From Octopus bimaculoides (Eukaryota), in the NCBI RefSeq assembly GCF_001194135.2, contig NC_069000.1:47272792-47336791 (forward strand): a DNA stretch of 64,000 bases. Reading direction: 5' to 3'. The translations under genes and the position numbers were made by a program. Under the pieces are notes generated by a model. It saw only the letters and a program-made list of their open reading frames with translations, was not told where the DNA came from and searched no databases. Positions 1-19,998 of this stretch are shown piece after piece. Every line of letters starts with the position of its first letter. Position 1 is the stretch's first letter.

Positions 1-23
1 GTATGTATGTATATGTATGTATG

Positions 24-72
<49 letters not shown>
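1..72. repeat. (TATG)n/(TA)n microsatellite
   Basis: Seen directly. Confidence 0.95.
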
Positions 73-73
<1 letters not shown>

Positions 74-358
74 TATGTTTCCAGAGGTGAATTATCCAAA
101 CCCCAAAGAATTCTTCTCAACATATGGCTACAATGCTCCCCCACCACTACTACTTCTGCTCGTGATCAGAGATGCACATATCGTCAGCCACCAAGGGACA
201 TGCTCAACTGGTTAAGGACAAGCAAATCTGTGGTATTGAGCAGAATATTTGCTGTAGGCCATCTTTTATACCAAGACGAAACAATGTACATGAAAACATT
301 TCCAATCAGTTCAGACCAGAAGCCACGGGAGCCAGTGCCAGGTACTGCATCAGGGCGT

Positions 359-376
359 TTATTATTATTATTATTA

Positions 377-435
<59 letters not shown>
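359..435. repeat. (ATT)n microsatellite
   Basis: Seen directly; it explains the poly-I and poly-L ORFs. Confidence 0.95.
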
Positions 436-764
436 TAATAGTATGTGTCACAGTTAAATGTTGTTAATATGAAAATTATATCTCAGCTGTTTTGTCTTGA
501 CACAGTAGAAATGTTCACTGATGACGTCGGATCAAAGTTTACGACTGTGCTAATAAGAATTTTTACAATTTTATCTCCTGTCCAAGAATAGGAATGTGAG
601 TCAGTTAAGGTGGAGTATTTAAATAGGCTTTTCCCTTTTAATACAGAAAGTTGCCCGAAATAGCTGTAATCATTTATTTAATTAACCTTTTCACTATGAA
701 TTAAACATAAGACTAAAATTACTTAATTCAAACAAAACTATTTAAAGAATGGTATTGCATCGTC

Positions 765-905
765 TTTTATGAAGAAGACATCTTGGTTGCCTTCTATTCT
801 CTGGACTGTTTCTTTAACCAACTTTATTTTTATGAAGAAGACATCTTGTGTGTCTTTTAATGACTGTGGGTTTTACAAGACAATCATTGTCTTTGATGAA
901 GAAAT
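765..905. repeat. Direct repeat with about 63-bp period
   Basis: ttttatgaagaagacatcttg at 765-785 and 828-848; degenerate third copy near 891-905. Confidence 0.7.
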
Positions 906-2885
906 TATGCTATCTGCTCATGCATGAGGTTATAGGAAAGTGGGTTATACATCATTAGATGTATACCTGACTTTCCTATATAAAATTAATGAATATATAA
1001 CGGAACGCTGAACGCCAGACTATCAACTTAAACAACATTTATTCAGGTGGTAAATATATATATCTTTAGCTCTTGTTTGTTGTTACAGCTTCTGTGTGTG
1101 TGAGCATAGTTGTTGGGACGTTGTTATGTAGATGTAAGCGAGCTGTCTAGCGTAAGTCCGAAAGATGGAGAGTGACAGCTAAACACGTCCATGCTCTATT
1201 GCTGGCCAGCAAGAAAGAGACTATCTCCAGGTTGGAATGTTGGAGACACTGCTTGACACGTCCATGCTCATGGCCGGCCGACCGAGAAAGAGATAGAATA
1301 GAAGCGGGAACGCTTGGTTGTTTAATTCCACGCATGCGTGAGACTACGCATGCGCACGGCGTTACTACAAGGTTTTATTCAAATAATTGCTGCACATATG
1401 TAAATACAAATGTTCCAGATAATAAAGAACTTATTATTATTATTATCATCATCGTCGTCGTAGTCGTCGTCATCATCATCATCATCATCATCATTATTAT
1501 TATTAATGATAATAATGTGGTTATTTTCACCATCACGCGCAACCTACGTAATATTGTTTTACTACCAACAACGATTTAATGACTAGACTCACAAAACTGA
1601 AATTCACTGGAGCGTTATAATACGTCAAGTGTAAACATTGCTTCGAATGAAGAGCAGATGAGCTATGGAATTCAAAATAAGGTCTATACAAATTATTGCA
1701 TTTCAAATTAAGACTACTTGAGCTTGTGTAACTGTACTGATGACCACGGGGACTCATATATTTATACTGAGGGTCGCATTAGCTACTGTATTTAAAGTAA
1801 TTGAGCATATGAGCTTCTAGATTGTCAATTCAATTGGCAAATACATAACTACTAAACCTCCTGTCGATGTTCGCTAATGGTAACAGATTTTAAGCACGAA
1901 CTTTTAGGCGAGTATTTTCCAAAATATAGACAAGATGGATATCGCTAGAATATTTCATTAAAGTTTGTTCTTCGTTAAGGGTTTAAACCAGAGTTGATAG
2001 TAAACAATCAGGGTAAGCGCTAGGCATTAATAAACCGTCAACAAAACGCTTTACCACTCTGGGACAATTCGCAGCAGATTTCCCATGTTTTCTTAAAACA
2101 ATAAGTAAATTATTTTAATCATAATATCCAGTTCTTACCTAAATACCTACACTTGAAACAAAAACTAACAAAAGAGTCTATTTTTAGTTCGCCCAACCTC
2201 ATTCAGATTTTCTTCTGGCTGTTCAACTTGCTTTGCTCTCAAATGTTTCAAATATTTTCCTATCTTTGTTTTTAAAGCCGCTGAAATTCTTCCTGTTTGA
2301 GTTTTGATTCGCCGTTTTTAATGCCATTTACTTTTGTTTTTAATTGCTTGGAGTAATGCCTACGCAGAAGACACGGTCTGACTTTATACCACACCCAACA
2401 CTCGTTAAAATTTTATTTCACTCTCAACTCAAGGCACCCAGTTCTATTAAAGTGTCATTAACCAAAAAGTCGTCAACTAAATCACGACACCAAGACTCAT
2501 TAATCATTAATCATTAATCATATTAATGAGGAACAAGTTGAAACAAGACGAGAATGGGACTGGAACGAGAGGTGAGCACGAAAATTGACAGGCAAATAAA
2601 TTTTATTCAGAATATTTCGAGCTGAAGATATATAAAAAAAAAAGAAAAAAAGAATCCATTTGTCGTCAAGATAGAACTCCTTTGTCGAAGAGAAGAGCAA
2701 TTCTTCTGACTTTGATTGTTATTACTTTTGGCATTAAGAAGAAATGAGGTTTGGAGAGTTGGTAATTTATTGAGACTCTTCTGTTCGTTGAGAACTCACC
2801 ATTGTAGCTGTCAAGAGGAGGGAGGGAGAAATAAAGAGAGAGGGTAGGGGAGATGTAGAGAGAGGGAGAGCGAGAAAAAGTTCTG

Positions 2886-2918
<33 letters not shown>

Positions 2919-2921
2919 ATG

Positions 2922-2952
<31 letters not shown>

Positions 2953-5019
2953 TGTGAAAAATATTCTGCTAACTCGCCGCCTTAATAATAATAATAATAA
3001 AAAGAAGAAGAAGAAGAAGAAGAAGACAAGAAAAGACATGACAACCTAGGCAGAGTAATCCACTGGAAGTTATGAAGAAAGCTAGATTCTGACCAAACTG
3101 ATAAATGGTATGAACAAGAAATCAGTGAGGTACAAGAAAGTAAGAATAAGATGTTGTGGGGCTGAATTCGCAGAGCTGTTTCAACCACCACTTGCATTTC
3201 TTAACACCATTCCTGTGATTCCCCTCCCGTCCTCCTCATAATCCAAAACCAACCAAATCGTTTCAGTTTACGTCATTTCTTTGCCTCAGCACAATATCAT
3301 CGTCCAACACACGACCTCAATGTTTCAAATCCACAACACAGATCAATCCGTCATATTCATGTCTCCAATTTAAAACTTTGACCTCTCACAATCCTAATGT
3401 TTCGAGTCAAAAGTATTATTTATTCCCACCCTCCTCCATTTTCATGATTTAAGACTTCAAGCTATTTGAACCCTCCCCTCTATCTCTCCCTTTGTTCGAT
3501 CCACTATTTCCATATTGTCAGGTTTTAATCCAGTTTGATCTCTCATCCTTTCCGTATCTTCTGATCCGCCTCATCCAAGTCTCAGCGGTCCTCCCCTTCC
3601 ATATCTCCACTTATAGAACACCCCTTCATCCCACATCTTCTCCATATCTCTTCTCTACAAGACTGTTTAATATCACACACACACACACACACACTGCATA
3701 GCCCACGTCTACCACAGCATTTGATCTCAGTCCACTCGAAAATCGTTTTTATTTAACTTACGCAAAGATTTGATCTGCAAAACTTTGGATCCACTCACAG
3801 AAAATCTCGATATTTTCGTCACTTTATATTTATTTATTTTGTCTACATTTTCTCTACATTGGAAACAAGAAATTTGTTTTCTTGTTTATGTTGCGATCAA
3901 CTTTTAAAAGAAAACGTTTAGTTCGATTCTTCTTAACCTTACTCTCATAATTCATTTTCAGGCTAAAAATATATCCAAGATTCATGTCCTAGCTTTTCGA
4001 CAAAAGGCATATCAACGGTCAGCCTCTTGTTGAAGGCTTGGAAAATAATAAACGAGTGGTCACCACCGTCACACACACACAAACACAATGACCAGCTGAC
4101 CTCTAGGTTTCGAATTTGTCTCATCTTCCATAATCTTCACATCTCAGCTTAAAACATTGCTTCACACATCAACTCCGTTGCTCATTTAGTTGGATAGGTT
4201 GTTGTTCCATCTAATGAAACTCAGAAGGCTGTTATGTTATTGTGGTAACCCGGTAAAGAAATACATGGAACGAAGGTGATGACTTCAAACACATTTCATG
4301 TGGTCACACGTATATATGCACAAGCTGAATCGAAGTGGTTGATGGACCTTTTGTTCAGCTGTGTGTGTTGTTTGTTAGCTGTTAACCCTGGTGAGAAACT
4401 CATGAACAGCGATGTGTTAGAACCGGTGCAGTGTGTTGGTGCTGTGTAGAGATGTTGTTGACGACGAAGATGGAGGTCGCTGTAATGTGGTCAGTGGTTG
4501 GACCTTAGAAAGTCTGGAACCAACCAGTAAACTTTTAACACGAAATTTCGCTACACCACAAATTTTCTCCCCTGGCATCTAAGTCGGGTTGAAATGGAAT
4601 ATATGGAGTTCCAACCTAATGGATATATATATCGTTCGCTTTAATTGCCACTTTATAAATAGTGTGCGTGTGTGTACGCGCCTGCGTGCATACTGTTCAT
4701 TTGTTGATGGGATCAGCAATTGAAAACTCTCAATAAATTTCAAAGTAATAAATATTTTATAAGAAAGAGCATTTTAAATGATATCTGGCAACAGCTTAAG
4801 TTTGTTGCCCCCCAGGGGCTCAGTTCCGGTCAAGTCTACCAGCTTACCTCATTCCATACCTCAACTGACCGACAATAATCTCTAAGATTTCCTAAGTAGA
4901 CGTGTGGTGTGCGAGCATTTATTGGGGGAGGGGTAACAACTCAGGTTTACGCAAATCTAAGTTGTAACCCTTGTCGGCGAGTTGAGAAAATGGCTGAACG
5001 AATTACACATGGATTTTCT

Positions 5020-5372
5020 TATATCTTTTTCTTGTTTCATTCATTAGACTGCAGCCCTGCTGGAGCACAGCCTTGGAGAGTTTTAACAAAACGAATCTAC
5101 CTCAAAAACACGTCAACACCAGTTGTGAAGTGATGGCAAAGGACAGACACAAAGACATGCACACACACACACACACATATATATATATGCACGCACACAC
5201 ATATACATATATACGACAGCTTCTTTCAGTTTCCATCTACCAAATCCACTCACAAGGCTTTAGTCGTCCCATGGTTATAACAGAAGATGCTTGCACAATG
5301 TGCCATGCAGTGGGACTGAACCTGGGACCATGAGATTGGGAAGCAAACTTCTTATCACACAGCCACACCTGT
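5020..5372 (-). mobile_element. SINE family A copy with internal deletion
   Basis: cttctttcagtttccatctaccaaatccactcacaaggc...cacacagccac matches 13460-13612. Confidence 0.85.
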
Positions 5373-5389
5373 GCTTGCATTATCTAAAA

Positions 5390-6170
5390 TTGTGTTTTGT
5401 TGAGGATGATAGGAATGTTAGAACATCCAGGGTGTTGGGACTATTAGGCAGATATCTGCATTGTTGTGGTTGTGTGTGCTTAGCTGAATACAAACACTGG
5501 ATGTTTGAAAGACGAAAATGTAGACGATGTAATGCTGTAGGTGACATTTTCCAATTAGTCAAGATGAATTTAACCATGAGAATATATCTGGTGACCATCC
5601 CATTTTTCAAATTTAGTTTTTGAAGATCTTTGATTTGAGTAGCATATTGAGTTCTTTCTGCTGTGCAAAAAATCCATTTGTGTGTGACTTCCAGCATTTG
5701 AAGTCACTCTGTTGCTGCAGCTGGCGTTGTATTCTCTCAATGTCCAGATGTAGCTTGCTCATGTCGCGGAACTACTTTTATCATTGTGTCTGAAGGCTGC
5801 CTCATGATTCTAACTCACCTTCACATGTACCAATGTAACTTTTCTTTTCCATTGTTTGGTTTATCAATTTCAGTTTCATACACCACCAACTTCGTGTTGC
5901 ATGATCGATCTAATGGACAACATTCTGCATTTCTGAACAGAGAATCTGGAACGAGCTTCTTAATGGATTTACTTGTGATAGTTGTCTTCATCCTGGGACC
6001 AAAACAGTAGCTTATTTTCACAAAATACCTGGAGATGATTGTTCTGTTTCAGTGACTGTCAGGGACTTTACCTAGCTAAGCTAGGGAAGTTTTTCTTACA
6101 TTTTAATAATCAGGGTGAAAGAGAGGGAGGTGAACCACATCAACCCTCTCGGCCTATTATTAAGTTGCTG
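5390..6170 (-). mobile_element. Penelope-like retroelement remnant (RT C-terminus, linker and GIY-YIG endonuclease), frameshifted
   Basis: Minus-strand fragments LMWFTS, VKISYC.PRMKTTITS, CPLDRSCNTKLVVY, SYIGTCEGE and AFRHNDKSSSAT*ASYIWTLRE match the PLE WF.PP / KISYSC / CPL.G.C...VVY...YIG / SFR...LS.YIW.LK pattern. Boundaries approximate. Confidence 0.72.
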
Positions 6171-6766
6171 TTTTATACATTCCAATTGGCCCCAGCATCG
6201 TAAATACCAACTTATAACTTTACACAATTTCCTACAAACTTCCTAATGCTTTTAGCATTTCACTCAATTTTACTCATCCACACATTTAACATCCTTTTCC
6301 CCATGCTGGCATGGGTTAGACAGTTCAACATGGACAAACAAGCAAGAGGACTGTGCCAGGCTCCAATGTCTGCTTTGGCATGGTTTCTACAGCTGGATGC
6401 CCTTCCTAACACTGTCATGTACTGGGTGCTTTTTACCTGGCATCATCGGCAGCAATGAGGGTTACCAAATACCTGCAAGGTAAGACTCCCCACTCTCAAC
6501 AAAGTGGGGTGTAGCATTGAGAGATAAGAAACTAAGAAGAACAGGAGCAGGTGCTCTGCTGAATAGAAGGCTTATGTTTAATCTCATTGTGAAAAATAGA
6601 CCATGTCTATCACGCAGCAGCAAGGGAGATAAACAAATGAGTTGATTATGGATTTAGTTTTAGCTATTGTTAAAGCCATCATCAGGATTTGAAAACTTGT
6701 AAATACAAACATAAAAAAGGTGGTGGAAGAAAAACAACAACAATAGAAAGAAAATTATTTGTCAAA

Positions 6767-6772
6767 TTTATT
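6767..6772 (-). terminator. Candidate polyadenylation signal (AATAAA) for GOT2
   Basis: tttatt on the + strand about 350 nt past the stop; a second copy at 6799-6804. Confidence 0.35.
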
Positions 6773-7116
6773 TATCCGTCACAAAAGGGGTTTGTTGGTT
6801 TATTTTTTTTATAATTTCTTCTAAAAACAAAAAATTATGTACATATGTGAGTGCACGTATGTGTGTGTATATAATTAGATGTAAGCTTATTTAAAAGATT
6901 AAAAAAAGACTTTCCTTGAAATCGATTTTGTTCATGTATTTGGAGTTGAAAGCTGTGCTAAGTGGTGCCACCTCATAAGACGGCTCTAATCTACCGCGGG
7001 TAGAAGTATGTAAAACTTAATGGAATCTTCCAACAGTTCTTTCAGTAGGATAGGATTACAGATGCAAGAAGGGAGTTGAAGTAATAGAGAGCGCTGTATA
7101 GGGTATATAAAATTAA

Positions 7117-14042
<6,926 letters not shown>

Positions 14043-17000
14043 CTGAGGAAAGCAATACAAAGGGATGACTATAAAGACAATATCGAACAGGACAAACATG
14101 TGTATCTATGGTGGCTATTATTATTATTATTATTATTAACCCATATATGCCCATAAAAAAACGAAATCTTAAAATTTCACTGTATTTAGATTAACTGTTA
14201 TGGTAAGCTTCCGCAATCTGAAAGAGTATGCAACTGTCAGTCTTGAGTGTCGACTACCGACTGAGCCTTCCGTATGCTCAGTCAGATGGTTCTGGGCCAG
14301 TTCATGAATCATTAAAAAAAGTTACATGTACAATTTGGATTCACTCCATTTTCCGAGGTGGGGGGGGAGGTCAGGCCATGTTATTTTCTTATGGTAAATA
14401 ATAGTTATAAAATACTAATTTATGAAATAATTGCAATAAATACCGACCCCTACAACCAAGCCTTGCTGACCCCTACGAACTCATTTGCATTATCATCCTT
14501 GCCCCTCCAACCCCACCCATTTTCCCCCTATCCCACATTCAAAAGGATCACAGGTCCCTCCCTAGCCATAGGCTCACAAAGCTGGTTTCCTAGATTCTTT
14601 GGCGTGTATATTCCCCACTGGGCAGGACGCTGGGCCATTGCAGGAGGACTCATTTTTGCCAGCTGAGTGAAATGAAGGATTTTGCTGAAGAACACAATGT
14701 GTCGCCTGGTCCAGGAATTGAAATCACAATCTTATAATCATGAGTGTAACATCCTAACCACTATGCCACACGACCCCCTCCTCCTATCCCACTTCATCCT
14801 ATCTTAATGAAGTTTATTATTTAATTCAGTGCTGACGTAACGACTGCTGGACAAAATACGATTTCTCCTTGAAAAACTGAATATTTTAACTGGAAAAAAG
14901 AAAACAAGCAAACAATTAATTAAAGCTTTTGCTAACAACAACAACAACAACACCCCAGCATAGATGTAATTGTTGTTGATTAAAGGTGATAGAAAGGAAA
15001 AACTACTGCAATTACTGCAGTCATTGTCTATTTCTATAAAATGACAATGACTGCAGTTAGTAAGTCTTTGACCATAAGTCAGCTCAATCAAGACTGAGTT
15101 AAGACTAAACCACATTATTCAAGATTTATTCCAGGTGTTGAAGATATGTAAACGAGTGAAGATAGGGGTGAGACACACACACACACACAAAAAGTGGGGG
15201 GGGAGGGAGAGGAAGGAGAGGTTATCAGAGACAAACAGAAAAACATACAAACACATTACATGACCTTGCTACTACACAACATGTTGACTTGCTTCTACAT
15301 CCCTCCTCCCACCCACATCTTTCCACTTCCCCAAAACTCTGGGTGTGACCCCTGGGGTACATCTGTGACCAATGCAGTAGCAAGTGTGTGGGGGGGGGAT
15401 AGAATGACTGCTGACTGCTAAAGTGTGATGTGGTGAGAGGTTAAGGAGCAGAAGACTACTGCCGCCAGCAACATGGTGACCCTTAACCTGCACAGGAGGA
15501 GAAAAGGGAGTGGGCAGTAGGGTGCCCTGAGACAGTAGTGGTCAGCCAGATAGAGGAGTAGGGTACTTCAATGGTCAGTGTGGTTTACTGGTGACCATGT
15601 TGATAGTGTACCCCTACCTATACCCCACCTCCAACACACACACTGAACCAATGGGATGGGGGTTGGTACAGGAGTTAGCCTGATCGCTAGAAATAGCAGA
15701 CAGATTTTAGTGAAACCGTTAATAAAGGAAAGGGGACACATTCAGTTACAAAGGTCACCCAAAAAATAACATAGAACCCACCTCCAACTGACCATTAGAA
15801 AGGGTCAGAGCATTTTGTGTACAACAACTATTCAAATGAGTCTAAATATTTATAAACCTATCAAACGCTCACTAAACATAAAATCATTGACAATGAATCA
15901 TTTCTTAACGAGACAGATTTAATTAAATAGTGTATTTATTAGATTTCATACAAGCTATCTCTTGATAAACAACTGGGTTTCACTCAAATGAAATCTAATT
16001 GGGACAGCTGTAATCAGTCATAATTTAAATACTATCAGAATGTGTGTTAGACACAAATATTATTGGTTTGTGCAATTCAGCTGATTCCAACAAACCTTCA
16101 CCTAGTTTGTAGGTTACCTTAACACCTTTAGATCAAGACAACAACAACAACTATATATATGTGTATGCTTGTATGTGTGTGTGAGTACATATTATCATTA
16201 CTGTTTTAATGTCTAGCTGCCATGCTTGCTGGGGGTCAAACAAAATTCTCTGAAGCTGATTTTCTACAGCTGGTGCCTTTCCTGCTACTAAGCCTCACCT
16301 ATCCCCCCCCACCCCCACCCACACTCCTTTGAACACAAAACAGAACATAAAAGTTGTACATGTTTTTGCACAGAAAATAACAAACATCACATGTCATGAT
16401 GAAGTTTGCTTACAATCAGCTTGCCAAGTCAAGACCAGAAGATGTGTATGTGTGTGTGTGCATATTCATATCTTGTCGTAATATTGCAATCTAACTATGT
16501 TTCCAAAGAATCTATTCACACCTGAACAGGTGATTTATCGTCACTTAAAAGTGACCAAGGGTGCAAAGGGCACCAGCAATTGCTAGAAGTAGGAGTCAAA
16601 GACTCCTTCGCCACAAAAAGTCGTATTGTTATATTTGAACTGACAGGAGAGACAATAAACTCGCCACCATAAGCGAGATGCAATTAGATTAACAGGTTAA
16701 TTTCGAAAAAGAAATTATTATTCGTCAGCAATGCTTGATACCATTTTGTATATGAGGGTGTGGGGATGAAGCCATGAGAGCGCAATTTTTCGCCGATGGC
16801 CTCATGATTATTCATTTTTACAGCTGGCTGTTCCTCAATTTCCGGAGAGAACTTTTATTCATTTACTTTTGTTTTCCATGTCCTGTTGAAGGCGACGTTT
16901 GCTCTGAAGTCGGTGAGGTAGATGAACCAAGTGAAACACACAAGCACGCACCCATTGACTTTCATGTTACACGAGTTGAATAGCGAAACACACTCACTCG

Positions 17001-17224
17001 TACAATGTATTTATGTAAGTGCATACGAAAGACAATGGGGGGGGGAGGTGCGCGCGCAAGCATGTTCGGCTCCATGTATTTGTATTGACATAGTCACACT
17101 TGCACAATGTATGGATCTATGTATGTCGGTGTATATGAAAGAAAATGAGGGGAAGGGTGCGCGTGCTGGTGTGATTAACTTCTCATCGACTTCAAAGCAA
17201 ACTAAATAAATAAAAATTCTTTAC

Positions 17225-17286
17225 GAAATTTGCCGAACCAGCTGTAAAAATTGATAATCTTGAGACCATAGGCGAAAGATCGCCAT
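17225..17286 (-). CDS. GOT2: Candidate GOT2 first coding exon (presequence MAIFRLWSQDYQFLQLVRQI-S)
   Basis: ATG at 17286 and a phase-2 donor TC|gtaaag that joins in frame to ...SSWWSNVEM. It lies in the CpG-rich region upstream of the gene. The donor is weak and the presequence atypical; other models exist. Confidence 0.3.
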
Positions 17287-19024
17287 ATGAGGATATTAAG
17301 TTACAGCTATTTAAAATTCTTTTCTGGCATAGGCAGGAAATAATTATAATAATCACGATTATTACTAAGATACAAGATCTGAATGAACGTTCCCAGGGAC
17401 AATGAAGGTGTAAATGGGAATCGAAACTAGACTGTAGGTCATACAATGTTAGAAAAAGCATATTGTATAGCAACTTTCTTGTTTTAAAAAAAAGAACACA
17501 TTGAATAATGTATATATGGTATATAAACAAACGGGATGGTCACAACTGGTATAGTTTTGATTACAGGTCTGCTCAATTTAGGCTAACCTGGGGCTAAACA
17601 ACATGCAATTAATACAATCATTTATAAATATATGTGGCTTCCATGCCTACTTCAGACGAAAATATTGAGGATCGATCGCAGATCGAAGTTCACGTTGATC
17701 GGTCGCTTTACCTGGTTCCTATAACGGTAAGATGAAATGACCCAAGGAAATACTGAAATATTTGGTGGTTAAGGAAAGGAAATAGTTGTAAACTGTTGTG
17801 TTCCGAAAGGAAAACGGATGAAGTGGTTGTGTGTGCGCATATAATAAATACATATAATATATTCATACGTTCGTTGTGTGCACGTAAATCCAAGAAACGT
17901 GAACACTTCCGTCCAGTTTGCTCGAAAACGATTAATAAATCTATACCGATTTCATTTTTAATATTCGGGTTCTTATTTAATTCTGGATCCCAAATTATTA
18001 CATTTGACTATCCCTACATGGGTTGTGTGTGTGTGTGTGTGCGTGCGTATGTGTCTATAAACGTATGTTTGGAAATATATAATCTACACTCAGCTATTTT
18101 TTTAAAATCCCCCCCCTCTTCTATTTCCTAATTAATGTGGGCGGTAGGAAGGGCAAGAGAGACTGAGTTAAAAGTGGAAAAGAAAAGAAGAAAAAAACAC
18201 TTCAGACAAAACGTTGCAGATTTGCACGTTCACAAGGACATTAGCCAAAGACCTTGAGCAGTTGGGTGGTTCTGTTTGTTACGAATAAAGGTTACACAGA
18301 AATATTGTACCTCAGAAAAAATACTCAAAAAAATCAGGTATATCACGTAAAAAAGGCATAAACTCCTCGTCTTCCTCATATCTTTACCATTTTGCCCTCT
18401 TCTATGAAATATATTTGAGGCTTGTCAAAACTAACAGCTGTGATGTAATAACCTTAACCTTTCTTTAATTTCAGTACGGAGGTAACTCAACCCGAACTTT
18501 TACGATGAGAGGGAGTGACATATGATGGGGTTGGAGAGGTTACGGGCCAGAAATAGTGGTGAAATAAAAATGTCAATGTCAAAGGAAAACAGGTGGAAAT
18601 GTAACGGAACGATTCATATCAGACAGGTCGGGGCAGGTTCGAGTAGAGGGGTACGATTAGACCGAATATGTAACCGGGAATTTGGAACGGTTACACTAAT
18701 GAAAATACCAATTAATTTTAATTGGATATAAGGCAAGTTTTGATATCAATTAAATTAGATTTAAATAAAAAGTAAGTTTTCAGAGCAGGTGTTAAAATCG
18801 ACGCGAGTATTTAACTGGTATTTAATTCATTAACTCTCGACCTGCTAGAGAAAAAAAAAATAACAGCCAAATCCTCCGACTCTACTTTGGAAAATGCAAT
18901 TCTAAATCTACAAAAATACGAGATGGTCACAGATGGAATGTCTTTCATCGTAGTTCTCTGTTTAAGCGGAGCTGGCTAAACAACAATAGGTACAATAAAA
19001 TATATAAACCAAAACAATAATAAT

Positions 19025-19230
19025 ATAATCCTTTCTTCTGGAAGCACAAGGCCTCAAATTTGGGGGAAGGGATTAAGTAGTTTACATCGACCCCAGTGCG
19101 TAACTGGTACTTGTTTAATCGACCCCCGAAAGGATGACAGGCAAAGTCGACCTCGGCGGAATTTGAACTCAGGACATGAAGACAGACGAAATGCCGCTCA
19201 GTAGTTTGTCCGGTCTGCTAACAATTCTAA
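19025..19230 (-). mobile_element. SINE family B copy
   Basis: gcaaagtcgacctcggcggaatttgaactcagga...ctaacaattct. Confidence 0.82.
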
Positions 19231-19961
19231 TAATAATAATTTTTATCTCGACATGAATTGTGAAGGACGTGTGTTGTTGGTAGAAGTGGTTTAGCTCTTG
19301 ACAGGGTAGACGTTCGATGAAAGGCGTTCCAACTATGACAATCACATCTTTCTTCTATGTTCTCAGCCAGAGTGGGCTACATTTTCTAGTATTTCCTCCT
19401 ATTCAAATATAGAGAGCGTGTAATTTGAGGGACTTTCACAGCTATTTCTACCAGGTTAAACAAGCAGGTAGAGCGCTTCCATTAGCTCTAACATTTTACA
19501 GGTAGACAAAAGGTATTACGTGTTGCACCCAGGTCCGCCCTAATCCACAGGTCTATAATCAAAGGCAGCCCAACCATGACTAAACAGTCTTTTTAAAAAC
19601 CAACTACGACTATATTATATCATGTACCCTGCTCTTATTTAAAACGGTAAAGATCTGGCTGTTATCTTTAGCAGCCCTGAAAGCCTTCATAAAATTTTCC
19701 GTTTCATCCAAGATACAGCATGTGTCGTTTATCTTTAACAAAACATCCAAGATTTCACTAGTTTTGCTGCTTCTGAAGAAAACATTGACCCAGACTGAAG
19801 AAACACCAGACATTTGCGAAGTTAGTGATTCGGTTTCGATTCTCGTCCGAAGCCACCACACTCTAAATTCCCCCCTATACACTTGATAGAAAAATATTAA
19901 CTCCACACAATCAACTCAGAATTTCTACAAAATTTTCTCTTTTGTATAAACAATATTTCTG

Positions 19962-19998
<37 letters not shown>

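Noticed and set aside
765-905. CRISPR-like repeat-spacer look
   Set aside because: Only two exact repeats, spacers partly similar to each other, no cas genes, and a eukaryotic intron-rich context.
1645-1772. Possible C/D box snoRNA (ATGAAGA/TGATGA ... CTGA)
   Set aside because: Box spacing is poor, there is no terminal stem, and it is not in a recognisable host intron.
2674-2686. 13-nt identity (gaactcctttgtc) with the last GOT2 exon; ORF TKEFYLDDK
   Set aside because: Too short and not extendable; not a processed or duplicated exon.
16680-16734. Hammerhead-like motif on the minus strand (CUGACGA...GAAA, stem III AUUAAC/GUUAAU, AUC triplet, bulged stem I)
   Set aside because: The segment between CUGACGA and GAAA (AUAAUAAUUUCUUUUUC) cannot form stem II, so it is probably chance or fully decayed.
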